Assembly (NCBI GenBank): GCA_050084985.1
Contig: JBITNC010000001.1
Location: 148,986,001 to 149,050,000 of the forward strand
Source of the DNA: Nageia nagi
Lineage: Eukaryota > Plantae > Pinophyta
Direction of reading: 5' to 3'
Length of the DNA: 64,000 nt
Both the position numbers and the translations under genes were made by a program. This document shows positions 1 through 12,693 of this stretch, one piece after another; positions within the stretch are counted from its first letter, which is position 1, and each line of letters begins with the position of its first letter. The notes beneath the pieces are model-generated. The model was not told where the DNA came from. It saw only the letters and a program-made list of their open reading frames with translations, and searched no databases.

Positions 1-699
1 CTTCTTGGGTCTTATGCCAGCCTTTAGGAGTTTTGGTTGAGCATATTGGAGTCTTGGCATTGCCCTAGAACTTGTTACAGCCCTATACTTATTTTTTGTT
101 GGCTATACATGATATTGGCTCTCATACTACGTCTCAAATGTCAATGAATGTTCTCTATTTGCTGCTGTGATAATATCATTGATTATGCATGGAAATATGT
201 GTAGATTATAGTGTTTTGGATGCATGTTAATGTTGTGTAACAGATCTGCAATTTGTGCCCTAGTTTGAGCATATTCGCATATTGTATGAGCTTTATATCA
301 GATTTGACTACTGCTGTTATATTTCAGTTTTGAGCACATGTTTGGATGGTTAATGAGCATATACTTTGATGCCCTAATTTGTGAATGAATGCAGAATTAA
401 CTAATAAATTGGATGAACACTAGAAAGGTACATTATAGAGATTGTATTTTGGTGTGAGTTGAAATTGTTTTTAGTGATTGAATGTGGGCACTCTGATTTT
501 AATTTGGGTGTTTTAGAATAAGAGTCCTAGAATGTTATCGTTTTGGCTTTGTTGTCCCAAAACACTAACATTTTGGATTTGTCATCCTAGTATGTTGGCA
601 TTCTAGGCTTCAAATTCTAGATCGTTGACATTATAGATGGATGCTTTTTATCTTTTAAGAACTTTCCATTTATTCTATGATCTTAAAAAATGTTGTGGA

Positions 700-1200
700 G
701 ATGTGATCATAGGCAAAAGTGTGTATATAACTTGTGATTCAAAAATGTTGCTCCACACAAACCATCTCAACTATGTTCCATAAATCCTTCAATATTATTG
801 ATATTTTTACTTTGATTTATAAATTTATTATTGACTATCTTGTATTTGGGCAAATATGACTTTCATTGATCAGTTTTTTAATTTCATTTATGAGTTTGCT
901 AGATTGGTTGGTGGTATGCCCTTTAGTCTAATGGTAACTATAATATGATGTTTCCCAATGCTAAGCTGGTTTTGTTGTATTGTTGTTATATTGAGCTCTT
1001 TCAGGAAGTAACATGATCAATTGTTTTTGCAATAGATCATTTAAGATTATTCATAGTGGTGGTTTGTAAAAAAGTTTATTCTTTCTTTGAGTTTAAGGCC
1101 TTGTTACTTGAATTAGTTGATCTTTACCTTCAGTTGCAATCATTGTGTTATTACCATTGTTCTTTATAGGATAGGGCTTTTCAGCATTGTAACATATCAG
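700..1200 (-). mobile_element. Ty3/gypsy (Tat/Ogre-like) gag remnant
   Basis: 880-1200 is a diverged homolog of 8780-9085, which lies in a gag remnant. Confidence 0.5.
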
Positions 1201-1417
1201 GCCTTGGATAGGATTGCAAGAAACCAAATGAGATTAACTTCAAGTAATGCCAAAATTGCATGCAAGACACAAATAAATAGACCAAACATGTTGCATTCCA
1301 ATTCACCTTCTAAGGGTGGCTGTTGAGCTACACCATGACTCCTAATCTACCACATTCCTACACTTCGTAGGATTACAATGAAGACCAAAGGACAAATCCA
1401 AAAATTCTTATTTTTTC

Positions 1418-1617
1418 CAATGTTGGGCGAGTTTTTTTGTTGGACTTGCAAAGTTTTTAAAAACTTTGTCCAAAAAAGTTTGCGATTTAAAAAAAAAAAA
1501 AAAAAAAAAGCTTAGTAAGTAAAAAAACTCATCAATCTGACCCTGAGCGACTTGGATAAGTTGACTTACGCTCAAACTTGACTAGTTTTTAAAAACTTGT
1601 TGAGTTTCGTATCATTG
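1418..1617. mobile_element. possible degenerate hAT MITE
   Basis: CAATG...CATTG ends, with ACTT/GAGT subterminal motifs like those of the 15056 element. No TSD found. Confidence 0.3.
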
Positions 1618-1619
1618 AT

Positions 1620-2520
1620 CTAGAGAGATGTTTACTATTCTTTCCCTTGGCCAATGGACACATTTGGAGCGATCGAAGAATAAGGTTCATATGTTATCAT
1701 CATTGTTTGCAAAATTCATACTCATTTAGAAATTATTTAATAAAGGGGTTAGTATTACTCGAAGGAGCATCAACAAGCTAATTAGTAATAAATTGGCTTT
1801 TGACAAATTTTTTATTTATAAAAACTAATCAAATTCTTATGAAAGCCACATTTAATAGCTCCACCTTTTAATAGTGCTATGTTTTTGTTCTTCTGTCCTA
1901 GTGCTATCACCATTGTTAGTACTTTTATCAAAATAAGAATTAGCACAAAGATAAGAATTAAAATGCTTTTTGGAGTGGAAGGATTTTGATTTAGAGTTGA
2001 CATCTAATAATTCAAAAATGGGATCATTGTTTCAAGGAGGTCACCTATGGAATTATAGCCAAATGGTTGAAGGTTGATAGATATTGGAAATGCTAAAGAA
2101 AGATTGTGGGAGAATTTTGCCATGGCTATGGTTTCATAGTTGTTATCCTACATGGCTTTATCATTTTCAATGTCATCTTCCAATCTGTCATGGATTTCAT
2201 ATAGTGGATTTGAATTGTATGCCAAACCTATTGTTTGAAATTGTTTAAGTTGTTCTAGTATTGTTGTAATTCCTTGCTCATTTTTGCCCAATCCTATATC
2301 TTTGTAGTTGTGAAATTTATGTAATAACCAACAAATTTGGTTCTTGTTGCTATTATTTATATAAGATGCTTTATGCCCTATTCTGAAAAATGACTGATTT
2401 TGTTGTATGTCAAAATAAGTTTTTGTTATCAAAATTTGTACTTTTTTGAATTTGTGTACTCACCTTTATTGTCTAGAATGCAACCTAACAATCTAATTAC
2501 TATTTTTAGTGTTGCATAAG
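1620..2520 (-). mobile_element. Ty3/gypsy pol remnant with G-patch motif
   Basis: ORF 2148-2432 contains YKDIGLGKNEQGI...IGLAY, a G-patch pattern also seen at 57921-58043. Confidence 0.5.
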
Positions 2521-4549
2521 TGATTTGAGGTTTTTAGCATAGTTACTAGGTTCAATAAGTTTAGTTTGAAAGAAAGACAAGAGTTCAAAAGTTTGAGATA
2601 GTGAAAATGGTTCGGTTTGGTTGAAAAATATACAATTAAAAAAATTTAAAAATAATTATATAGTAATATTTGCTATCCCAAGGTGATGCTAGAAACCAAT
2701 TTGAAGGTTACACATGTATCAGAATGGAAAAAATTAAAAATACATTTTTGAGTATAATGGGAGGGCAAGCCGAATTTAGAGTACAAGTGAAGGACATAAG
2801 TAAAATATTAATTTTTTTTCCAACTTTTTATAAAAAATATAATTGATTAAATTAAAAAACAAATTGAAATAGATAAATTAATAAATTAAATTTAAATAAA
2901 TAAATTAAATTTAAGTTTTTTTAAAAGTAAATTTAAATTAATTATTTAATTTATATTTTTTTTAAAATTAAATTTAATTAAATAAATAAAATTTAAATAA
3001 CTAAATCAATTTAAATTTAATTTAAAATAAAATAATTTAAATTTCAAGAAACATAAATAATACACAATAAATAAATAAGCTCTCACCATATTATTTGTTC
3101 ACCTCCTCATTTCTTAGTAGGAATTAGTGTTGCAATCAACTACCACTCTAATATACTATGTTAGTCCCATCTCTCTTCTTTCGTCTCCTCTATTGCAAGC
3201 TTTAAATCATTCGCAAGGTTTCTAGGGTTTTATATTTTGCTTCGGTTAGAAACATCAAGGTTCAACCATGGTGGCTATGCTGACGAGAATTCCTTCACTT
3301 TAGGTGTAAGTTTGAAGGAGGGTATTGACATTTGCTGCAACTGACAAGCAATATAAAGGCATGCGCTCCTACTTTGGATGCAATTTGAACCATGATGGGC
3401 CCTCGTGGCATGCACAATCTCATCTACGATGACAAGGGCGCTATCCCCATTTTGTCGAGGAATATTTTGAGGATGATAGACATAATTAATGATATTGCAG
3501 AGGACATTTCCTTTCAAATGTTCGAGGATGATTGTCGTTTGCTTAACAACTTTGTTAACAACATTCTTCAACATGAAGTTGGCCAAGCTTTTATAAAGAA
3601 GCTCCAAAGAGAACGGATTTTGGCATGGGTATTATGGAAAAAACCTGCAAAACATAGAAAAATATTTGGCAGTTTTTTTCCGACTTAGAAGAGTTGGACC
3701 AAACTTGTTAGGTTTGGTTTGTTAGAAAAATTCGGTTTGGACCAAATCTTGGATAGGTTCGATTATGGTTTTCAAGCATATCAAGGCTAGAACATGGGTG
3801 TTATGGTTCAACAAGCCTAAAATGTGGGCATTTTGGCTCAATAGGCCTAGAACATGAGTGTTCTAGCCATTTGTGTTTTTTTAGTCCCCCAAAGTTGGGA
3901 GAGGGATTCTAGTAATTGACAATTGTTGATTTGGTATGATCTTGGGCTTATATGTTTGGTTTGAATTTGATTTTTTACTTCATTTAGGATTTGGTTTGCT
4001 ATAATACTATATTTTGTTTGCTCAACATTTTGTTCGTGGGGCGAATTTGTGATCTTGTAAAGTGGGATTTCATCGTACAGAACTGTGATGATCCAAAAAT
4101 TAAAATTCAAACTAACATTGGTAATATGGGATCATCAAGCCCCAATGTCAGGTATAGGGCATCCACAATACACAATCAAACCCTTAAGCATTCAACGTTA
4201 GGGTTAGGGGATTCATATTAAACATTTAGATACCCAAAATGCTAACATCAAGCATATGCATGCATACATCAATGAATAGAATGTCAAATTGCCAACGTCT
4301 AGCTCATACATGCATAATCCAAACCCTATTACATTAATGTGCCATCGAATGATGAATACAAGTACATACAGTCAACAAGATCCAATGCATGCACAAGTAT
4401 GAAACGCACAACACAATAATGAGATCCAAGTGCCCTCTGGCTATACGAATGATATAGAATGATAGCAAATACAATACCAAGCCCAATGAGCAGTTATTGG
4501 CCTCAAGGGAGCCAACTAGGGCACAACACCTTGCAATCTCCAATGTCGA

Positions 4550-5298
4550 ATAGTTGTAGAACCACGAGATAGATTCACTCCCTCAGATCCCAAATCGCCT
4601 CCATTGAAGGAGTCCTTCTCAAAACTTGGATAACCATTGAAGGTAGAAGTAAACCCTTGAAATGCCATCGGATGGGCAAGGTGCTCCACCTATGTCATAG
4701 ATAATTAGGATCCCACTGCTTGACTACCCTCTAGACGCTCCGCCTAGAAATGGAATGCTTAGCACCACTAAGACTCTGTGTCCGAAGGATTGTAATAGAA
4801 GTAATGTGTAATAATGGTTGTCCAATATTGAAGCTCCAATGTCTATTTATACATTAGTTGTGTCTGGAACTCACCTAAGAGTTATCTGAGGCCCATCTAA
4901 TCCAACGTTGTGTATTTTGGGGGCCAATCACTTAAAGTGCCAACGTTGGGATTATGATCATTCATAATGCCAATGTGGGGGTCATGATCACATAATATGC
5001 CAACATGGGTCCCTATCACTTAAAGTGCCAACACAGGGGTCATGATCACATAATATGCCAACATGGGGGTCTTGGAGTCCTCATGAGCCAATATGGGGGT
5101 ATGGGGCCCTCCCCAGTGTGGCACTAGCATGCTGGTGGCCGTCAATCACTATAATGCATAAACATACCTTGGGTTCCCACAATCCAGGATCTCTAATGCA
5201 ATACATGCCTAATCTACTACTCAAGAGGGATACATCCCACTTGAGGCTCATAATGGGGTCCACATGACCCGTTAAAACTCCTATCTTGAGTTACAACA
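4550..5298. mobile_element. LTR-like fragment with internal ~30-bp tandem repeats
   Basis: Ends ...TTGAGTTACAACA. Repeats of (a/g)tgccaaca...ggtcatgatcacataat and cacttaaagtgccaac at 4927-5070. The other end and a TSD were not found. Confidence 0.4.
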
Positions 5299-5518
5299 AT
5301 GTATATGCAAATACATCAAATAGATATAGTACAAGATGACTAGACTGGTCCCACTAAAAGTACAAGGGGGACATCACAAGAACTAGGTGATATTTTGGTG
5401 TTTCTAATGTGACTTCATGATAGTATTTGTTTGGTTCTTCATCTATCATATAGTTGTAGATAACACCATTTTTTTCAAATTTGATACATATATGCAAGGT
5501 AGAAGAAATACTTTTCAT

Positions 5519-5629
5519 CAAGGTTCCGCAAGGCATCGGGAATGGGGGAATGTGGTGAATGTGGGAATGCATTCCCAAGTATCGAGAATGCTTGCTCCAA
5601 GGGGGTGAACACGTTCATGTGGAACCTTG
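5519..5629. mobile_element. 111-bp hAT-type MITE
   Basis: TIR CAAGGTTCCGCA / CAAGGTTCCACA (11/12). 8-bp TSD CTTTTCAT at 5511-5518 and 5630-5637. Internal GGGAA(T/C)G repeats. Confidence 0.88.
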
Positions 5630-5666
5630 CTTTTCATGGAATGTATTCAAGGTCTACTAGCTACCT

Positions 5667-8062
5667 AAGAAAGAAAGTATATTAATCTCCACAGGTGACC
5701 AAAAGCGGTCAATGGGACTAACATGTACAATCCTACTTATGAAGCCAACAAAGCCCAACCTGGGTGACATCAAGAGAAAAAACTAAAAACATAAAGATGA
5801 CATAATCAAATAGAACCACATAAAGGTCCAAACCCTAAAAGGAGGGAGAAACAAAATTTGGAACATCTAGATGGAGGCCGTCCTAGGCCTCTTCTAGGGG
5901 AGAGTATGGCAGTGCTCTTTGCTTTAGGGAGGGGTCCTGTCGATCGCTGTGAGATGTGTTTGTGGTTCTATTGATGGTTGAGAAGAAGGATGTGGTTTGT
6001 TGCATCCTCTATGGACCCTGGGTGCTTTGGATACGTCTCTTCGTCCGATGTAGAGGTTGTGAAGGCTCATCTTGATGTCTCCTACGAGCTCCTTTAGGAG
6101 AGGGAGCTCAGTAGAAGGATGTGGTACATCAAACCTCAATCGTTTGTTGAGCATGAACTAGAAAGTGTCTTCGAAGAAGGAAGGCCTCTCGAAAATATAG
6201 AGCCAAGCAACGTTGGTTTGAGTATTGAAGGAATGTAGCTAACCGACTACGCAAATCTCAAAAGAGGCAATGATATTGGCCTCGGATCTCGTAGTAGACT
6301 GAGCACTGAAAGACAAAATGGTCCTTGAACTCAATCTCAAGAGAGCAAAGTCGACAAACTCGTTGATCCCAATATATGTGATGGTCGATCTCAATCCTTA
6401 GCTCGTGGGAGCATACTCAAAATTGTCCAAGGGACATCCTCAATCCCAAGGGGAGATGTAAGTTGGTGTATCTAGGCAGGAGGATCAATCCCTTATCTAA
6501 ATGAAGATAGTGTTGAGCATAGTGATCCAACTTGGGTGTCAATGGCTGAGGGGGAGGCACCTAAGTGGTATGAATGAAAGCCTTGTATATAATCTTCTAT
6601 ATCGTGGACAAAGAGTGAACTAGGGTCCTAGACGAGTCCTTTGGTGGTAAAGGTAATCCATTTGGAGAAAAAACAAATCTCTAAAGCATATCAGAAATCT
6701 CAACAAACCAACATCGACAACAACCCTATTCGATGAGATTAATTGAGGAGGCCAAAGCTCTCACCGGAGGCCTTGTTGTATCTCCCCCACGAGTAGATAA
6801 ACGTTGGAGGCTACAAAGATAGAGGACTATGGAAGCAAGAGCCCACACCAAAAGGGGTTGGCAACCGAACTTCGCAGGTATGATAAGGTTTGGAATTGCC
6901 CTCTTACTGCGAATGAAACAAGATAGGAAAATGACCAAGATCCTCTCTAGCGAGGTCCAATCCGGTGCTCTCAAGTTGAGCCTCAAACCTTAACTCCATA
7001 CAAAGCTATGGGTGTGATTAGGGATTGAAACAACTCTAGCTTGGACTAGACATCTTGAAACTGTAATTGGATGCACTGTCTCTCCACAATGGATACTGTT
7101 GCATAAGCTCGATGGACTATGGATGGTGTTGTGCTTGCATGGAGAACCTAGGTTAAGAGAAAAAAACCCTAGGTATGTGTAGGAGGAGGTAGTCTTGATA
7201 GGATTATCATGAAAAGTGAGTTGAGTTTGACCCAGCATGGCTTTCGAAACATTGAAAGCCACCACCTTAGTCTTGCTAAGGTTCACTGTAAGCTTCTGTC
7301 TAGCACTGAAGGCATTTAAAGCATCTATCAAGCCTTGAAGGTCCTCCACTGAGTGAGAAAGCAGCACAATGTCATCAACAAAGAGTAGGATGGACACTCG
7401 ACTTCTATGTAGAAGGCAACCTAACTCGAGATTGATGGTCTCAAGGATAATGGACTTTAACTCATCAATGTAAAGGCCAAATAAAGTTGGAGAGAGAGGG
7501 CAGTCTTGCTTAACGTCAATCGTACTAAGAATGTTCTTCGAGAATCCATCAAGGGTGCGAACACGTCTTGAAAGAGTCTCATATTAAGTTAGAATGGCTA
7601 CTAGTCTAGTCTCTAGTATGCCCAATAGCCATAGTCGATTCATGAGTCTATGTCAGGGTACAGTGTCAAAGGCCTTCCTGAAATCAAAAAAACAACAAAA
7701 AGATTGGAGATTTCCATAATCTAGCCTCCTCAATAATCACCTTGAGGGTGAAGATATGATTGTTGGTGCGATAGTCTCTACGAAAGCTTGCCTGACCTCT
7801 TGCTCAAAAACCCTCTAAAGTCAACCATTTGGGAAATGTATACCTCCATGTTTGTGGCATATAGCTTGGCCAAGGTGTTGTCAATCATGATAGTGCAGTA
7901 ATTGATCGAATTGTCAGGATCACCAAATTTGAAGATAGGTTGGATGATATTGGAGGTCCAAGAAGAAGGGAAACTTGAGTAGATGACATCATTGAAGAGC
8001 TTGGAGAGGAAGGGGGAAGGGTGTGAATGGCATGTTTGAGGAATTCAGCTTGAACAAGAGGA
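5667..8062 (-). mobile_element. 5'-truncated non-LTR retrotransposon (RTE/RTE-X-like LINE), decayed
   Basis: RT motifs QAEFLKH, QASFR..YRTNNHIFTL, DFRKAFDTV, LSPTLFGLYIDEL, SILLFVDDIVLL...VNLSKTKVV. C-terminal SHELRIE...RVCRLC...HFVFQC..YYEIR (~6290-6415). The 3' end has a stem-loop and a short TTTC tail. Confidence 0.88.
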
Positions 8063-8069
8063 GAGTTTA

Positions 8070-10545
8070 AAGTAGGAATTATATTATATTGTAACAAGAG
8101 GTGTTTCACATTTTGAAACCCAATTTACCATTGTTTGATTTTCCTAATTATCAAAACTTTGGATATGCCTTCTATTTTTTGTTCAATAGGAGGCAAATTT
8201 TCTCTAAAATGTTGCAGGAAATTAGAGAGCAAATATTAATATTTGATCTAGTATCCATTAAGACTCTTTTAACTTCTTTTCCCCAAACATCTATTTTGAT
8301 GTGCAATAGTAAACTTAGATCAATGATATCTTTGCTTTGTAATTCTTAAGGATCAAGTTTGATGTCCTTTGATTGTGGTTTCCAAATATCTACAACAGTG
8401 GCGAAGACAGTTGCATTGAGATTCTTAGATACTATTTCTTTCTTCATATAGAACTTCCCTATGTGATTGAAAAATTTTCAGAAGTTCAAATAAGGAGATC
8501 TTTGCTTGAGTATTTTTTAATTGATCAATCTCATTATATTGCTTGGAATTTGGTGGTGAATGCATTGTTTCGTTAGTAATTGTTGTTTTTACCCCTTTAG
8601 GTCTTCCTTTGGGAGGATAAGCACAAACATCCTGATTTATGATGATCATACCACAAAGATTATGTTACCATGTTCCATGAATCCTATTGTGTTATTGATA
8701 GTTTTGGTTTGATCTTGATCTTAGTTTTTGGTTGGCACTGTAATTGGACAAACATAACATCCCTCATTCATCAAACATTGAATTTCATTTTTGAGTTTGC
8801 TATACTGATTGGTGATTTAACTTTTAGTCTAATGGTCAACATAATATGATGTTGCCTTGTCCCAATCCAGTTTTGTTATATTGCTGTCATCTAGAGCTCT
8901 TCAAAGAGGTAATGCGATCAATTGTATTTATAACAAATCTGTGAAAATGTAGCAAGTTGGAATAGGGAGATTAAGTCATGTTTGTTCTTGAGTTTGAAAT
9001 CTCATTAGTTGTTTGGTTATTTGCATTCACTATTTTCGTATCTTCGTTCTTTGTGGGATAGGACTTTTTAGCATTGTAACCTCCACTAAGGTTTCCATAT
9101 TTGATTATGCTTGCCTAAAGTAAGATTTTTTTTTTTGGAAATTAACATCTAAGTCAAACTCCTGAAAGATGAGCTGATATTATCTCATATATATTGTCTT
9201 TGATTTTTATCAAAGAATTTACAAGGATTTCATTGACATCTTGTTCTTCTATTGGAGGGCAGATCCTTTGCCATATTTTTTTGAACCTAGGAATATATTT
9301 GTTAAGTTTCTTATTATGTCCTTGTTAAATTTTCATAAAAATCTACTTATGTGGTTGGTTGCTTGCATCAACTACTTTTAAATTGTTTAGAGATCTAAGG
9401 GGAGTTTGTAAAACCAATTATGTTTCACCTTTAAGATTCCTAGGTGAAAATTTAGCGATTAGTTTTTCATCATTGTTGAATTTTACACTACATTCTTCTT
9501 CAAATAGTAATAGATGTTACCTTGGATCTCCTTCCCCACTAAACATTTCCAATGTTGGTAATTCATATTTTTGGGGAAGAGTAAAATTATGAATCCTAAA
9601 GAGAGAGGGATTTGGTTGAGATTTCTGTAGGAAAAATGTAGATCATCTTGAAGTTTCATAGATTTAATCCCCAACCCTAGTTTGGTCTAATAATTTACTC
9701 AATTTTGTTTTTTTGAATGTGCTTGTAGCTTAGGAGTGAGAAAAGTTAGACGATGATCATTCTGACTATTATGATCATTGTGTGCTATGTTACATTAGGT
9801 TTTATATTGTTGAGGATTTTGTAGAAACAATGTGGTATTCTTCATCCATTCAACTGGTTTTAAAAAGTTGTTGGATTAAATTTGGATTGTTGCCCTAGGC
9901 TTGGATGTAAGTTTTGACAAGATTTTGGATTAGTCTAGTTTTTCTAAGGAGAGCTAATTCACTAAGAAACTTTTGGTTTTGAACTCTAAAATATAATAAA
10001 ATACAATTGATTCACCAATTTGTAGATACAAAAATAAAAGACAATGTATCAAAACATGCACATTTATCTTGTCTATAGAATGAAAATAGATTAATAACAA
10101 TATGCTATATAGGATCTAACAATTAAGATTATTCAAATTCAAAAGAGAACATAGAGGAGACTTATGTGTAGGGTGAAGGATTGGAGGCTCGCTTACTAAC
10201 AACTTGTGATTTTGATGTCAACCTCTAGGTATGGGTAGGACTGAATAAATAGTGGTTGTAACTTGTGGGGTCCCAACTCTATATTGATTGGTTTCCTTCC
10301 TGGTTCAGCAACCATTAGTGGAGGGCAAACCTTCAATGCAACCAAATGATAAATCTAGATAATTTTGGAGATGATTATAAAAGATTATAATTCCAAAGAT
10401 TTTGGAATGATAATTTTTCATGATGATTTTGAATACGATTCTTCTTTTGATGATCCAAGAACAAACGTGCTGATTTTTTGGGGTGACTTGGCTCAATTGT
10501 AGAGATAGTTGAGGCTTAGGGCTAGAGTGTGATGTAGTCAAGTAA
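8070..10545 (-). mobile_element. Tat/Ogre-like Ty3 remnant: partial 5' LTR (10021 onward), leader and gag
   Basis: On the minus strand the LTR ends ...TTTTTGTATCTACA at 10021, followed by a PBS-like TGGTGAATC. ORF 8425-8649 YNEIDQLKNTQAKISLFELL resembles the gag-PR linker of the 44495 element (~50140-50200). Confidence 0.62.
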
Positions 10546-12304
10546 GCGGCTCAATGGCACCCACATGAATACGGCAATTCCCACTGCACAGGAATGGACA
10601 TTTTTATGGAGACTGAGTTTGAAACTCATGTCAATGATCAATACATGCCTACTATCCCCCATTTTACTGTTATTCTCCCTAAGAACATGCTATGCCAAAA
10701 CAAATCAAACAAGATAACATCACAGAACTTAAACTACCACAGAAATATTCTATTGATATCAAATGTTTAAAGCATACATGCCTTGCCAAAGGTTTCCACT
10801 CTAAAAACAGAAAAAAAATGAAAAATCAGTTCCTATACAATCTGCCTCTACAACATGGATCCCCTCCAGAATTACCGTCTGCTTCTTCCTGAACCTGTTC
10901 ACCAAGTGGTCTCCTCTTTGAATCCAATATTTTTTTACAATAAATGCCAACCATCCCCTTACTGTTCAGTACGCCCAGCCATGCCGAGTCCATCTCTTTG
11001 CTGATTGCCATCCCACACATTTGCTCTCGCTCTTGAATTGGTGAAGTCTCTCATTCATTTGGCGCGCTGCTGTAACTACCCGACCTTAATGGCATTTTTT
11101 TTTTTTTCACAATCGAGCATCTGGTCAACTTGCTTACATGGCTTGAGGCTTACGCGAGACTTAGGCAGATATCTAAGGATAAAATAAAAGGTCCTAAATA
11201 AAATTAAAAAAAAAAACTAAATGCTTACAAGACCGCTAAAGTACTCTCACTGCATAAACGTTTTAATTTATCCCAGACTAAGACTAAGGCAAATAATTAA
11301 GTAAACACCTGAAAGAACAATAGCTGATGTCTATATTACAACAATACAAAATAGATACGCTTGCATCAGAGTGCCCACATGTTGGGCTGCCAATGCTAGA
11401 GTGTTGGCCATTCTGGCATTGTTGCCCATTTCAGCCTGTGTTTTGTGCATTTCAACTTCTACGATGCTTTTGATGAATAATGGAAGATAATCAATGTTGA
11501 TTGCTTGCTTCTTTTGGTATTGTGTTGCTTTTTGTTTTTATTTGATTTCTTTCAAATCTCAAATGAGCATTCAGAGTGCTTTATAGAGGTTTGGGCCTTT
11601 AGGCTAATTTGATTTTAAGTTCACCTAGGAGGACCCATCTAGCAAAATGTGGATATAAGATAATGCTTATTTGTATAATTTACTTTTAAATTATTTTAAA
11701 ATTAGCCAATATGATCCCAAATTAATATTTTGCAAAACTAAAACAAATAATTTAAATAAAGTTATTTTTCGATAGTTAAATTACAATTTGAAATGTCTGC
11801 AATATCCAATTTCATGTTCAGGTCCTAAAGACAAATATCCAAATTTTAAAATACCAATATAGCAGAATCAGATTTCTCAATCAGTCAATGGAAACAGATG
11901 ATCTTCCATTGATGGATTTGCACAACCTTCTAAGGATGCAACAGGATGGCTGATAAAAGGTGAGCAACAAAGGAAATAAGAACTTGGCTTGAAAAGGAAG
12001 CAGTCATTATAGGGAAACTAGATGGAGAAGAGGCCAACAGTAGGAAATTTCACAGCCATGGCAGCACTCATTAATGCAGGTAAATTTTAGCTAGTCAAAA
12101 AGACTTTGCAAGGGATGGGAAGGTGTTAGAAATATAATGTTTATTAGGGATAGGATTTTGATCCTTAAATACGTACAAGTTGAAAAGAAAAGTCATAAGA
12201 GGTTCCTTTGATTATTCAAATGCCATTTATTGAAATGCATTTACCCTATCAAGGGACAAGATTGAAAGAATCCACTGGTCCATAATTTGTAGGAAGGAAT
12301 AAGG

Positions 12305-12693
12305 AAGGTTAATGTGGGAATGTGTTCCCCCTAGGTGTTCTTGGCGTTCCTCCATTTTGGGAACTTGGGAATGCCGTGGAGAATGCCCAGAACTGTTCCC
12401 CTGGCTGTGGGTGGTCAGCCACTTAAAAAAAATCACTATAAAATTAAAAAAAAAGGTACAAAATAGATTTGAGTGGGACCCACCAATGTCCTTATCCTCT
12501 CCAAACTCCAAAATGACTTGTATATCCTTTCCAAAACAAAAATAAGAATCTGAAAATTCTGAGAATTTTTGCTAGTATTGTATTTGCCGTTCTCCTGCCA
12601 TTCCCATGGTGTTCCCAAAACTGACCCTCCTCATGCCCCTATTCCCAGGTACACGTTCCCCTATGTTTCCCTTCCTGGGCCTTGTGTAACCTT
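12305..12693. mobile_element. ~390-bp hAT-type MITE, related termini to the 5519 MITE
   Basis: Ends AAGGTTA...TAACCTT, flanked by GGAATAAGG at 12296-12304 and 12694-12702. Subterminal GTTCCC/GGGAA repeats. Confidence 0.72.

Noticed and set aside
2800-3080. Foldback or hairpin element in the AT tract
   Set aside because: Low-complexity A/T sequence; palindromes are expected by chance.
3392-3688. Histone H2B-like resemblance (IINDIAE)
   Set aside because: Lacks the conserved H2B motifs; superficial.
11990-12085. Possible extra DNA-PKcs exon ending at GCAG|GTAAAT
   Set aside because: The phase-0 frame is open for only 12 codons, there is no pyrimidine-rich acceptor and no recognisable similarity.
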